Part shown: piece by piece, positions 16,676-25,189 of the stretch
Layout of the letters: each line of letters opens with the position of its first letter
Position numbering within the stretch: position 1 is the stretch's first letter
From: an uncultured Acidobacteriota bacterium
Lineage (GTDB): Bacteria; Actinomycetota; Acidimicrobiia; Spongiisociales; ZC4RG35
NCBI GenBank assembly: GCA_963725075.1
Contig: CAVRXA010000004.1
Coordinates: 3,578 to 67,577 of the forward strand
Reading direction: 5' to 3'
Length of the DNA: 64,000 bases
Program-made: the position numbers and the translations under genes
Notes under the pieces: model-generated
The model's database searches: none
What the model was told of the DNA's origin: nothing
What the model saw: only the letters and a program-made list of their open reading frames with translations

Positions 16676-17764
16676 CTACCTGCATGCCCCTGCCAGCGTT
16701 GCATACGGGTTGACGGCCGACGAGCCCCGTCCACCGGGGTGGATCTCGAAGTGGAGGTGCGGTGAGCCACCCCTGGCGTTTCCACTGTCGCCGTTGAAGC
16801 CGATCGTCTGACCCTGGCTCACCGACGACCCGGAGGCGACGTTGAAATCGGAGAGGTGGGCGTAATAGAAGCCGATCCCGTTGTCGGCCAGCAGCCAGAT
16901 CGTGTTGCCGCCGAGCCCGCTGCTTCCAAGTGAGACCCGGCCCGAGGCAACCGCGTACATCGGCTCGTTCCAGGCGGCGAACATGTCTGTCCCCTTGTGG
17001 GCGCGGCCCCCTGATCTCGACGCCCCCCAGGAGTCGATGAACGAGGTGCGACCTGGCGTGAAGGGACAGATGAACGAGCCCACCTGCACCGAGCCGGCAG
17101 CTCGCTGCCGAGCCCGTGCCGCCAGCTCGGCCTGCTCGCGGTCGTACTCCGTGGCGAGCTCCTTGCAGCGGCCGGACAGCTCGGCATAGGCCGCCTGCTC
17201 GGCCTCCATTGCCGCTTCCTGATTGCTCCGGGCATCGAGTTTTTGGGCCTCCACCGCCTCCAGCTCGACACGGGTGTCGTCGAGGACGGCCTGGAATCGA
17301 TTCAGCTCGCTACGGGCGGCTACGAGCTCATCCAACGACTCCTGACCTCCGCTGGCAGCAGTGGTGAGGAATTCGGAGGTCGTCATGAACTCGTCGACGG
17401 ACGATGCGGAGAAGATGATGCCCGGGCTGGCCAGCCCACCCCGCATGTAGAGCTCCACGGCCTGCTCCTCGATCCTCGTCTGGATCTGATCCAGATCCTC
17501 GGTGTGGCTGGACACCGAGCCCGCTACGGACTCCTGTTTCCTCTCCACGCGATCGACTTCGATGACAGCGTCTTCGTACTCGTGGGCGGCGACCACGAAC
17601 GCTTCCTGGGCGGCCCTGTAATCGTCGAGCTGGGCACGAGAATCAGCGCAGGCCTCCTCGACCTGAGCCTTGGTCACCGCCTGGACGGCGAGCGGAAAGA
17701 GGACGGCGACCAGACCGGTGAGGGTGAGAAGGGTGACGACGCGGATCGGCGTCTGGGCACGCAT
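16676..17764 (-). CDS. Secreted coiled-coil M23 peptidoglycan endopeptidase
   Basis: Signal peptide, long coiled coil, HKGTD, YAHL, PHLHFEI. Confidence 0.92.
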   Translation of the reverse strand: MRAQTPIRVVTLLTLTGLVAVLFPLAVQAVTKAQVEEACADSRAQLDDYRAAQEAFVVAAHEYEDAVIEVDRVERKQESVAGSVSSHTEDLDQIQTRIEEQAVELYMRGGLASPGIIFSASSVDEFMTTSEFLTTAASGGQESLDELVAARSELNRFQAVLDDTRVELEAVEAQKLDARSNQEAAMEAEQAAYAELSGRCKELATEYDREQAELAARARQRAAGSVQVGSFICPFTPGRTSFIDSWGASRSGGRAHKGTDMFAAWNEPMYAVASGRVSLGSSGLGGNTIWLLADNGIGFYYAHLSDFNVASGSSVSQGQTIGFNGDSGNARGGSPHLHFEIHPGGRGSSAVNPYATLAGACR

Positions 17765-17860
17765 CGGCGGGAAGGCTAACCCGTTACAACGCTTTGCTCT
17801 ACCCGGAATGGCCTAGCTGCAAACGCTTGCGCCGGGCATCCTCACGGCCATCGATGAAGC

Positions 17861-18859
17861 TCAAAGGACCAGCAGCAGCAGCGGGTAATAAATGGCGGCG
17901 GCCAGAACGACCCCGTCGAGGCTGACCATCGCCCCCGGTGGGCGCTCGGTGAGGACGACCCGGCCCATTCGCAGCATGGACGACAGGCCCCTGCCCGCCA
18001 ACAGCGCCACCGCGATCCCAAGACCGACAAGGAGATAGGAGACAACCGACAGGTCCCAGATCAGCGCGGCGGCCACCGCAGCCAGAACGGCCCCGAGTGC
18101 GGTCACCGAGAACGGATCGAGGAGGGGGATGGGATTGATCCGTTCGACAATCGCACTGAGACCCACGGCGGCGATCACTGACACGAGGAAGACATCGACT
18201 GCATTCGCCTCGGGCGTGTGAGCCGAGCGGGCGAGCACGAGAGAAGCAGTGCCCAACCCGCCGAGCACAGCCACCATCACGGTCGGGCTGAAGACGTCCA
18301 CCTGCCGGTATTGGGGGAAAGCCACTGCCCAACCCAGACTCACGACTGCTGCGATGACCAGGGCGAGGGCGTACCCGCCGCCACCCGCGACATGAGCGGC
18401 CATGGCGGAACCGGCAGAAGTGACGACAACGGCGAGCGAGGCGAACTCCCGGCCCCTGGCCGCGAACGCCGACCCGATATCAAGCGCCCATATGGCGACG
18501 ATGAGGACGAGGGCGGCAGCCCAAATCTCCTGGCCCTGGGTGTTGGCGAGAATCGCGACGACGGCGACCGCGGCGGGCAGGAACGCGATCAGGTCCACGG
18601 CCGAGAAAGTCGTGGCCGGCTGATCCCCACCCGAGACGGGAGGTATCAACACCACCTCGTCGTGCTCGGTCACGCTGTCGTCCATCGACGCCGACTCACC
18701 GTTGACCCAAACCCGTGACGTCTCCACACCACGCCGGAAGTCGGGCCCGAACTTCTCCGATGCAGCCTCGATCACCCCCCCTACGGTTTCGGAGGGCACA
18801 TCGAGTCGCGATGTGCCGGCCAGTTCCCGGAGGTTTGCAAAGAGGCGAAGCTTGGCCAT
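17861..18859 (-). CDS. MoaD/ThiS ubiquitin-like domain fused to a polytopic membrane domain
   Basis: N-terminal KLRLFANLRELAG...LIPPVSGG, then ~250 hydrophobic residues with no stop after the GG. Confidence 0.8.
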   Translation of the reverse strand: MAKLRLFANLRELAGTSRLDVPSETVGGVIEAASEKFGPDFRRGVETSRVWVNGESASMDDSVTEHDEVVLIPPVSGGDQPATTFSAVDLIAFLPAAVAVVAILANTQGQEIWAAALVLIVAIWALDIGSAFAARGREFASLAVVVTSAGSAMAAHVAGGGGYALALVIAAVVSLGWAVAFPQYRQVDVFSPTVMVAVLGGLGTASLVLARSAHTPEANAVDVFLVSVIAAVGLSAIVERINPIPLLDPFSVTALGAVLAAVAAALIWDLSVVSYLLVGLGIAVALLAGRGLSSMLRMGRVVLTERPPGAMVSLDGVVLAAAIYYPLLLLVL

Positions 18860-18925
18860 GGGTCGAGCCTAAAGCGTACCGACATCACCTCGCGACTCCC
18901 GGCTGCCTTCGCCTACCCTCGGGAT

Positions 18926-19345
18926 ATGGGCGACATGGTGCTGGTGGCGGTCGACGTCCCCCAGGTCGGAGACGAACGTCACAAGAACTGGGCGAAGGTG
19001 GTGGAGTCGGTGGACGACACCAGAGCATCGGGTTGGGCCTTCGATGGGCCGTTCGTCGCAACCGGTGGGATCCAGGACCTTCCGATGGGCGCCACCCTCT
19101 TGGTCTATGGCGAACGAGGCTCCCGGGCCAACCCCCAAATCACAGCCCGGGTTTACACCGTCAATCCCGATTCCACACTCACGCTGGAGGCCGAGGCGAA
19201 GGGAAGGGCCTGGGCACGAACCCTCAGAGACCCTGTGGAGCGATGCCTCGGCGCCGACGCCAGGGTGCCCGACCTCTCTTTCGTCAGCGACGAGCTGCTG
19301 GCCCTCGAGCTGAAGGGCCGGGGATGGAACGTGGAGCGACCATGA
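18926..19345 (+). CDS. Hypothetical protein
   Basis: 139-aa ORF with coding-like composition; stop overlaps the qor ATG (ATGA). Confidence 0.7.
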   Translation: MGDMVLVAVDVPQVGDERHKNWAKVVESVDDTRASGWAFDGPFVATGGIQDLPMGATLLVYGERGSRANPQITARVYTVNPDSTLTLEAEAKGRAWARTLRDPVERCLGADARVPDLSFVSDELLALELKGRGWNVERP

Positions 19346-20310
19346 AAGCAATAGTGGTCCCCGCCCTCGGAGGGCCCGAAAACCTGGTCCTGGACGATCT
19401 GGCCGAGCCGGTGGCCGGACCCGGACAGCTCCTGGTCGAAGTGGGAGCAGCAGGCGTGAACTATGTCGACATCTACCACCGGCGCGGTCTCTACGACGCC
19501 GCCCTCCCCTTCATCCCAGGCATGGAAGGGGCTGGCACGGTGTCGGCGGTCGGCGAGGGTGTCGACGGCTTCCAGACCGGTGACAGGGTGGCATGGGCGA
19601 ACGTACGGGGTTCCTACGCGGAGCGGCATGTGATCCCGGCCGATCGGGCCGTGCCGATCCCGGAGGGCATCGACTCGAAGACAGTGGCCGCCGTCCTGCT
19701 GCAGGGTCTCACCGCGCACTACCTGGCCACGGACACCTTCCCCCTCCGCAAAGGCAGCAAGTGCCTGATCCATGCCGGCGCAGGGGGCGTCGGCCACCTC
19801 CTCACCCAGATCGCCAAAATGCGCGGGGCCGAGGTGTTCACCACGGTGGGGAGCTCCGAAAAGGCCGAGCTGAGCCGGGAAGCGGGATCGAACCACGTCA
19901 TCGTGTACTCACGGACCGACTTCAAGGACCAAGTCGAGGAGATAGCCGGGCCCAATTCGCTCGACGTCGTATACGACGGAGTCGGCGCCGACACGTTCAT
20001 GGACGGCCTCGACCTGCTCCGGCCTCGCGGGATGATGGTGACGTTTGGCAACGCATCAGGCCCGGTGCCCGAGATCGCTCCGCTTCTCCTCTCGCAGAAG
20101 GGGTCGCTGTTCCTGACGCGGCCCACGATGGCGGACTATCTCCAGACCAGGGATGAGCTTCTGTCACGTTGCAACGACCTCTTCTCCTGGATCCAAACTG
20201 GAGAGATCGAAGTGCGCATCGGCCACGAGTACCCACTTGCCAACGCCGCCGATGCCCATCGGGCGCTGGAGGGACGACAGACCACCGGCAAGGTCCTGCT
20301 ACTCCCTTGA
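19342..20310 (+). CDS. qor: NADPH:quinone oxidoreductase (zeta-crystallin/Qor family)
   Basis: AAGVNYVD, PGMEGAG, HAGAGGVG, YDGVG, FGNASG, TTGKVLL. Confidence 0.92.
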   Translation: MKAIVVPALGGPENLVLDDLAEPVAGPGQLLVEVGAAGVNYVDIYHRRGLYDAALPFIPGMEGAGTVSAVGEGVDGFQTGDRVAWANVRGSYAERHVIPADRAVPIPEGIDSKTVAAVLLQGLTAHYLATDTFPLRKGSKCLIHAGAGGVGHLLTQIAKMRGAEVFTTVGSSEKAELSREAGSNHVIVYSRTDFKDQVEEIAGPNSLDVVYDGVGADTFMDGLDLLRPRGMMVTFGNASGPVPEIAPLLLSQKGSLFLTRPTMADYLQTRDELLSRCNDLFSWIQTGEIEVRIGHEYPLANAADAHRALEGRQTTGKVLLLP

Positions 20311-20957
20311 CCCGGCCCGACCCGTCGAAACCCAGGCATCGCTTGTGGTGGCTGATCTCGCTCCCCGCGATAAGACTCGGAGCCAGGATCTTTTGGAAGT
20401 TGAGGATCGACCGGGGACAAGATTTCCCCGCACCTCCGTTTGTCATCGCCGCCAACCACTACTCCTTTCTCGACCCACCTCTAGTCGGAGCGGTCTACGG
20501 GAAACGAGCCCGGTACATCGCACTCATCGATCTCTACGGGAACCACAAGTCGCTCGACTGGGCCCTCGATGCCTGGGGGGCCATCACGGTGCGGCGGGGG
20601 GCGGTTCCCTTGGGGACTGTCCGGCAATGCCTGGCCCACCTCGAATCCGGTGGAGTGATCGGTCTGTTTCCCGAGGGCATCCGGGTGGAGAGATTCGGTG
20701 ATGCCGGGTTCAAGCGCGGCGCGGCCTGGTTGGCGGCCCGCACCGGGGTGCCGCTAGTGGCCGTGGCGGTCAACGGAACCGACCAGGCCCTGGGCATCGA
20801 CAACAAGTTCCGAAAAGGGCGGGTCGAGGTGATCGTCGGCCCGACCCTGTATCCCACCGGCACCGATCGCGCCGCCGTCGACGATCTGACCCGCCGTTGG
20901 GCGGAATGGGTGGGCCAGACACTTACATCAGGGCGAGACAAGGAAGCGACGGGATAG
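20307..20957 (+). CDS. Lysophospholipid acyltransferase (PlsC family)
   Basis: ANHYSFLD (HxxxxD), FPEG, GAAWLA; TTG start overlapping the qor stop. Confidence 0.88.
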   Translation: MTRPDPSKPRHRLWWLISLPAIRLGARIFWKLRIDRGQDFPAPPFVIAANHYSFLDPPLVGAVYGKRARYIALIDLYGNHKSLDWALDAWGAITVRRGAVPLGTVRQCLAHLESGGVIGLFPEGIRVERFGDAGFKRGAAWLAARTGVPLVAVAVNGTDQALGIDNKFRKGRVEVIVGPTLYPTGTDRAAVDDLTRRWAEWVGQTLTSGRDKEATG

Positions 20958-20968
20958 GTTCCGAAGAA

Positions 20969-21985
20969 GTGTCAGATCTCGAATACCTCACCGAATCGCC
21001 CCCCAACGCCGGCGTCCCCCTGACCGCGCTCGATGGGCGTTCCATACCCCAGGACCGGGCCTATCTCCGTAACAGCTTCCCTATCCCGGAGGAGGTCGAA
21101 CACGCCGTGGAGGTTCTGCTCCCGGGCATTCCGCAGCGAAGTCTGACCCTGGAAGACCTGGCGGAACTGGAACAGGTGGAGACGGAGATGGTCCTGGAAT
21201 GCGCCGGGAATGGCAGGTCGTTGGTACGACCGGCGGTGAGCGGTTTGGAATGGGGCCTCGGCGGGGTGTCCCCGATCAGGGTCGGCGGTGTGCGGCTCAT
21301 CGATGCCCTGGGAAAAGTGCCCGGCGAGGTCGTCGAGCTCGTCATGACCGGGTCCGATCGAGGCACGGTGTGGCCGGAGGGGGACGTCAGCTATCAGTTC
21401 TCGGTTCCCATCGACCGTGTGAAAGACGGGTCTTCGCTCCTGGTCACCCGTTGGGGAGACGAGCCGCTGGGGATCGAGCACGGAGGGCCGATCCGGTTTG
21501 TGTTGCCGGGGCATTACGCGATGCGATCCGTCAAGTGGCTGGCCAGTATCGAAGGGGTGGTCGAGCCTTTCGCAGGCCATTTCGTCAAGCGCTACCGATA
21601 TCTCGGCGATGACAGGTTCGAGCAGGCGTCACCGGTGGCGGAGATCCAGGTGAGGTCGGTGATCGCGTCACCCGGTCGGGGAGAGTCGGTCCCGGCCGGG
21701 CATGTCGTGATCATGGGCTCGGCCTGGTCGGGCGTCGGGCCCATCGAGGATGTCGTGGTCTCGATGGATCGGGGCGAGACCTGGCACGCAGCAGAGATGT
21801 CAACGGGCTCGGGCCCGCTGGCGGCGGTCGCCTGGCGTCATGAAGTGGTCGTCGGCCCAGGCAGCCACACCGTGATGGCCAGGGCCACGGACTCGGCCGG
21901 GAACAGCCAACCGATGAGCCCGCCCTGGAACGAGAACGGCTACGCCAACAACCTGGTCCACACCGTGGAGTTCGAGGCCCGCTAG
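20969..21985 (+). CDS. Sulfite oxidase family molybdoenzyme (Moco plus dimerisation domain, no Tat signal)
   Basis: YLRNSF, LECAGNGR (Mo-Cys), EHGGPIR, PGHYAMRSVKWL, WNENGY.NN. Confidence 0.9.
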   Translation: MSDLEYLTESPPNAGVPLTALDGRSIPQDRAYLRNSFPIPEEVEHAVEVLLPGIPQRSLTLEDLAELEQVETEMVLECAGNGRSLVRPAVSGLEWGLGGVSPIRVGGVRLIDALGKVPGEVVELVMTGSDRGTVWPEGDVSYQFSVPIDRVKDGSSLLVTRWGDEPLGIEHGGPIRFVLPGHYAMRSVKWLASIEGVVEPFAGHFVKRYRYLGDDRFEQASPVAEIQVRSVIASPGRGESVPAGHVVIMGSAWSGVGPIEDVVVSMDRGETWHAAEMSTGSGPLAAVAWRHEVVVGPGSHTVMARATDSAGNSQPMSPPWNENGYANNLVHTVEFEAR

Positions 21986-21987
21986 CG

Positions 21988-22962
21988 CTACTGCAAGAAG
22001 CCGGCGATGGTCGTGGCCACCACGCCCGGGGTGTCGAGATGCGCCTTCCACGCCTCGGTCACTACTTCGACGGTTGCGGCCGGCATGGCCTCCTGGACCC
22101 GGTCGACCGATTCCCGAGGCACATCTCCTGCCTGGCTCCAGAGATAACTTGTCGGTGTGGTGATCTCGCCCAGCTTCGAAGGCACCTGTGAGGCGGCCGG
22201 AGTCCGGCGGAAGGAATGAATCGACTCGGATGTGTCCACGATGGTCTCGGCCAGATCCCGCGCCTGGACCTGGCTCGGTGTCGGGCACCATCCGCCGCTT
22301 TCGCAGTTCGGCGCCCAGCGACCCGCGGCGAGCGGTCCACCGGTCTCCAGGGCATAGGTGGCCGCAGTACCCACCCAGGGCAGCCGCTCCACGAATTCGT
22401 CCCACGCCCTGGGCTTGAAGAAGTCGACATCGAGCATCACCAGGCCGGCGACGAGATCGGGTTGGATCACGGCGATCTCGGCGGCGACCTCGCCCCCCAG
22501 CCCGACTCCGACTACGACGGCCGCCTGGTCGAAGCTCTGCTGGATAACGTCCGAGACCTCCTCGGCCATCGAGGCCACGGTGTGCCGGCTCCCCTCATCG
22601 GGGATCCGCTCGCTGAGCCCGAAACCGGGGAGATCGACTCGCATCACCGAGAACCGGGGGTCGAGCTCGGCCACCACCCCGTCCCATGTCACCCCTCCGG
22701 CCACGTCGACATCGTGGAGCAACACCAGGGGGACCGTCCCTTCGCCTTGCCTCACGACATTGAGAACCGTGCCGTTGGCGGTCTCGACGGTGTCATTCTC
22801 CAGATCCCCCAGCGAAACGTCTTCGATGAGTTCGATGCGATCCAGCGTGACCGTGGTCCAGATCACCACGCCGGCCGCGATCAAGAGGAGGACGAGCACT
22901 ACGAACCGAAGAAAGACCCGGCTCGTGGTTTCTTCCTTGGGCGGCGGGCGAAGACCGGTCAT
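21988..22962 (-). CDS. Membrane-anchored alpha/beta hydrolase-fold protein, nucleophile Ser apparently replaced
   Basis: N-terminal TM; LVLLH, RVDLPGFGLS; nucleophile elbow reads VGVGLGG. Confidence 0.8.
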   Translation of the reverse strand: MTGLRPPPKEETTSRVFLRFVVLVLLLIAAGVVIWTTVTLDRIELIEDVSLGDLENDTVETANGTVLNVVRQGEGTVPLVLLHDVDVAGGVTWDGVVAELDPRFSVMRVDLPGFGLSERIPDEGSRHTVASMAEEVSDVIQQSFDQAAVVVGVGLGGEVAAEIAVIQPDLVAGLVMLDVDFFKPRAWDEFVERLPWVGTAATYALETGGPLAAGRWAPNCESGGWCPTPSQVQARDLAETIVDTSESIHSFRRTPAASQVPSKLGEITTPTSYLWSQAGDVPRESVDRVQEAMPAATVEVVTEAWKAHLDTPGVVATTIAGFLQ

Positions 22963-23013
22963 GTAAGGAGTGTCTCGGCCGTCAAAGGCCGGGGTTTAGC
23001 CCAGATCGTAACT

Positions 23014-23060
23014 TCCCCCCTCCCCGGCTCCGCCGGTACTCCCCCCTGCGGGGGGAGAAA
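23014..23060 (+). repeat. 47-bp palindromic (REP-like) element, copy 2, intergenic
   Basis: 43/47 identical to 10575-10621; hairpins CCGGC-tcc-GCCGG and CTCCCCCC-tgc-GGGGGGAG. Confidence 0.8.
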
Positions 23061-23077
23061 TACCCACTCCCACGCCC

Positions 23078-24052
23078 TCAACCCATGCGTTTGGTGACCG
23101 TCTCGGTGATCCGGTCAACGGAAGGAATCGCCATGTCCTCCAACGCCTCCGCCGCGGGCAGCGGTATGTGCGGCGTGGTGATCCGGACCACCGGTCCGTC
23201 GAGGTCCCAGAACACCTCGTCGGCCACGATGGAGGCAATCTCAGCCCCCCAACCACAGAGCCGGGGGTTCTCCTCGACGGTGAACAGACGGCTGGTCTTG
23301 CTCACAGAACCGAGGATGGTCTGGGTGTCCAGCGGCACGAGTGTGCGCACATCGATCACCTCGGCCGAGATTCCCTGGTCCTCGAGTCGTTCGGCTGCCT
23401 CGAGGGCGCGGGGGACCATCAGGGCAAGCGCGGCGATCGTGCAGTCGGTGCCCTCGCGAACCACCCTGGCCGCCCCCAGCTCGTCGAGGATCTCACCCTC
23501 CGGAACGTCCTGCTTGTCGGCCATCAACGACTTGTGCTCCAGGAAAACCACCGGGTCAGGATCACGTATCGAGGCAGCCAGCAGGCCGACCACATCCAAG
23601 GGTGTGGAGGGGGCCACCACCTTGAGGCCGGGGATCATCATCACCCAGTTCTCCACGCTCTGGGAATGCTGAGCCCCGAACCGCGATCCGCCTCCGTTGG
23701 CAGTGCGAACCACGATCGGGATGGTCACCTGCCCCCCGGTCATGTAGCGCGACTTGGCGATCTCGTTGGCTAACAGGTCGAAGCACACCGCGATGAAATC
23801 GGAGAACATGATCTCGGCGATCACCGGGATCCCGGTCATCGCCGCGCCCATCGCCGCACCGAGGATCGCCTGTTCCGAGATCGGGGTGTCGCGGATCCGA
23901 TCCGGCCCGAACTCTTCGACAAGGCCAACGGTCGTCTTGAACACCCCGCCGGCGCCGGCGATGTCCTCCCCCAGCATCACCAGACTCGGGTCGCGCCGCA
24001 TCTCCTGGGCAATGCCGTAGGCAACGGCGTTCCGATATGTCAGTTCCGCCAT
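23078..24052 (-). CDS. 2-oxoacid/acetoin dehydrogenase E1 beta subunit
   Basis: LGEDI, DTPISEQ, EIMFSDF, GAQHSQS, EHK, VIDVRTLVPLD. Confidence 0.93.
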   Translation of the reverse strand: MAELTYRNAVAYGIAQEMRRDPSLVMLGEDIAGAGGVFKTTVGLVEEFGPDRIRDTPISEQAILGAAMGAAMTGIPVIAEIMFSDFIAVCFDLLANEIAKSRYMTGGQVTIPIVVRTANGGGSRFGAQHSQSVENWVMMIPGLKVVAPSTPLDVVGLLAASIRDPDPVVFLEHKSLMADKQDVPEGEILDELGAARVVREGTDCTIAALALMVPRALEAAERLEDQGISAEVIDVRTLVPLDTQTILGSVSKTSRLFTVEENPRLCGWGAEIASIVADEVFWDLDGPVVRITTPHIPLPAAEALEDMAIPSVDRITETVTKRMG

Positions 24053-25122
24053 GCCGAGCCTCCGTCAGCCCAGACGTCGGTCAGCAGGTGCTCCTCGCCT
24101 GGCGCCGCGCCGCCTTTGGCGAACTCGGTCGCCTCGTCGACCCGCCTCGCCACGTCTTGCTGGATCGTGCTCAGGTCACCTTCGGGGACGCCGAGGCGAA
24201 GCAGCCTCTCGTGGTACATCGGGATCGGATCCCGCTCCTTCCACGCCTGCACCTCTGCGGGGGGACGGTATTTGGCCGGATCGGCCCGGCTGTGCCCCTG
24301 CTCCCGGTAGGTCTGGGCCTCGACCAGAGACGGTCCCTCTCCACGTCGGGCCTTCCCGATCACCCGGGTGGCCACCTCGTAAACGGCGTCGGCGTCGTTC
24401 CCGTCGACGACGATGCCCTCTAGTCCGTACGACGCAGCCCGATCCGCAGCCGGGTTGGCCACGGCGGTGATCAAATCGATCGGCGTGTACTCCATCCAGA
24501 GGTTGTTCTCACAGACGAACACGACCGGGAGGTCCCAAATGGCGGCCAGATTCAACGCCTCGTGGAAGGCGCCGATGTTGGTGGTCCCATCCCCGAAGAA
24601 GCACACCGCCACCTGATCGGTGCCCCGCATCACGGCGGACCATGCTGCACCGTTGGCGATGGTGAGATGGGCACCGATGATGGCGTAGGAGCCCATCATC
24701 CCGTGCTCGACCGACGTCAGGTGCATCGATCCGCCCTTGCCCTTGAGGATCCCGTTCTCCCGACCGAGCAGCTCGGCGAGCACCGGACCCAGGGCGGCGC
24801 CCCGGGCCAGCGTGTGGGCGTGCCCGCGATAGGTGGCGAAAGTGAAGTCATCGGGTCTCATGACCCGTCCGAACCCGGTGGCCACCGCCTCCTGGCCCAG
24901 GGAGAGATGCGACGTCCCCTTCACCAGGTTCTGGAGAAACATGTCGTACGCCCGCTTCTCGAACTGACGCAAGAGCTGCTGCATCTCGTACATCTCGAGT
25001 CGCGCCTCGATCGGGATGCCGATCTTGTCGTTCTCCCGGTTCTCCGGTGCGGGGAGCCTTGGCTCTCTCAGCGCGTAGTCGTAGAGCCCTTCATCCCTGG
25101 TTCGTGTGCTCATGGGCGCCAA
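24040..25122 (-). CDS. 2-oxoacid/acetoin dehydrogenase E1 alpha subunit (TPP-dependent)
   Basis: HLSLGQEA, YRGH, KGKGGSMH, GDG...ENN TPP motif, GHSRAD. Confidence 0.93.
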   Translation of the reverse strand: MAPMSTRTRDEGLYDYALREPRLPAPENRENDKIGIPIEARLEMYEMQQLLRQFEKRAYDMFLQNLVKGTSHLSLGQEAVATGFGRVMRPDDFTFATYRGHAHTLARGAALGPVLAELLGRENGILKGKGGSMHLTSVEHGMMGSYAIIGAHLTIANGAAWSAVMRGTDQVAVCFFGDGTTNIGAFHEALNLAAIWDLPVVFVCENNLWMEYTPIDLITAVANPAADRAASYGLEGIVVDGNDADAVYEVATRVIGKARRGEGPSLVEAQTYREQGHSRADPAKYRPPAEVQAWKERDPIPMYHERLLRLGVPEGDLSTIQQDVARRVDEATEFAKGGAAPGEEHLLTDVWADGGSAWRN

Positions 25123-25189
25123 TCGTTTGCTCGCATCGCCACAAGGTAATGATTGGTGCGAGCACGCGGCACACCGATAGCCTGCCTCG

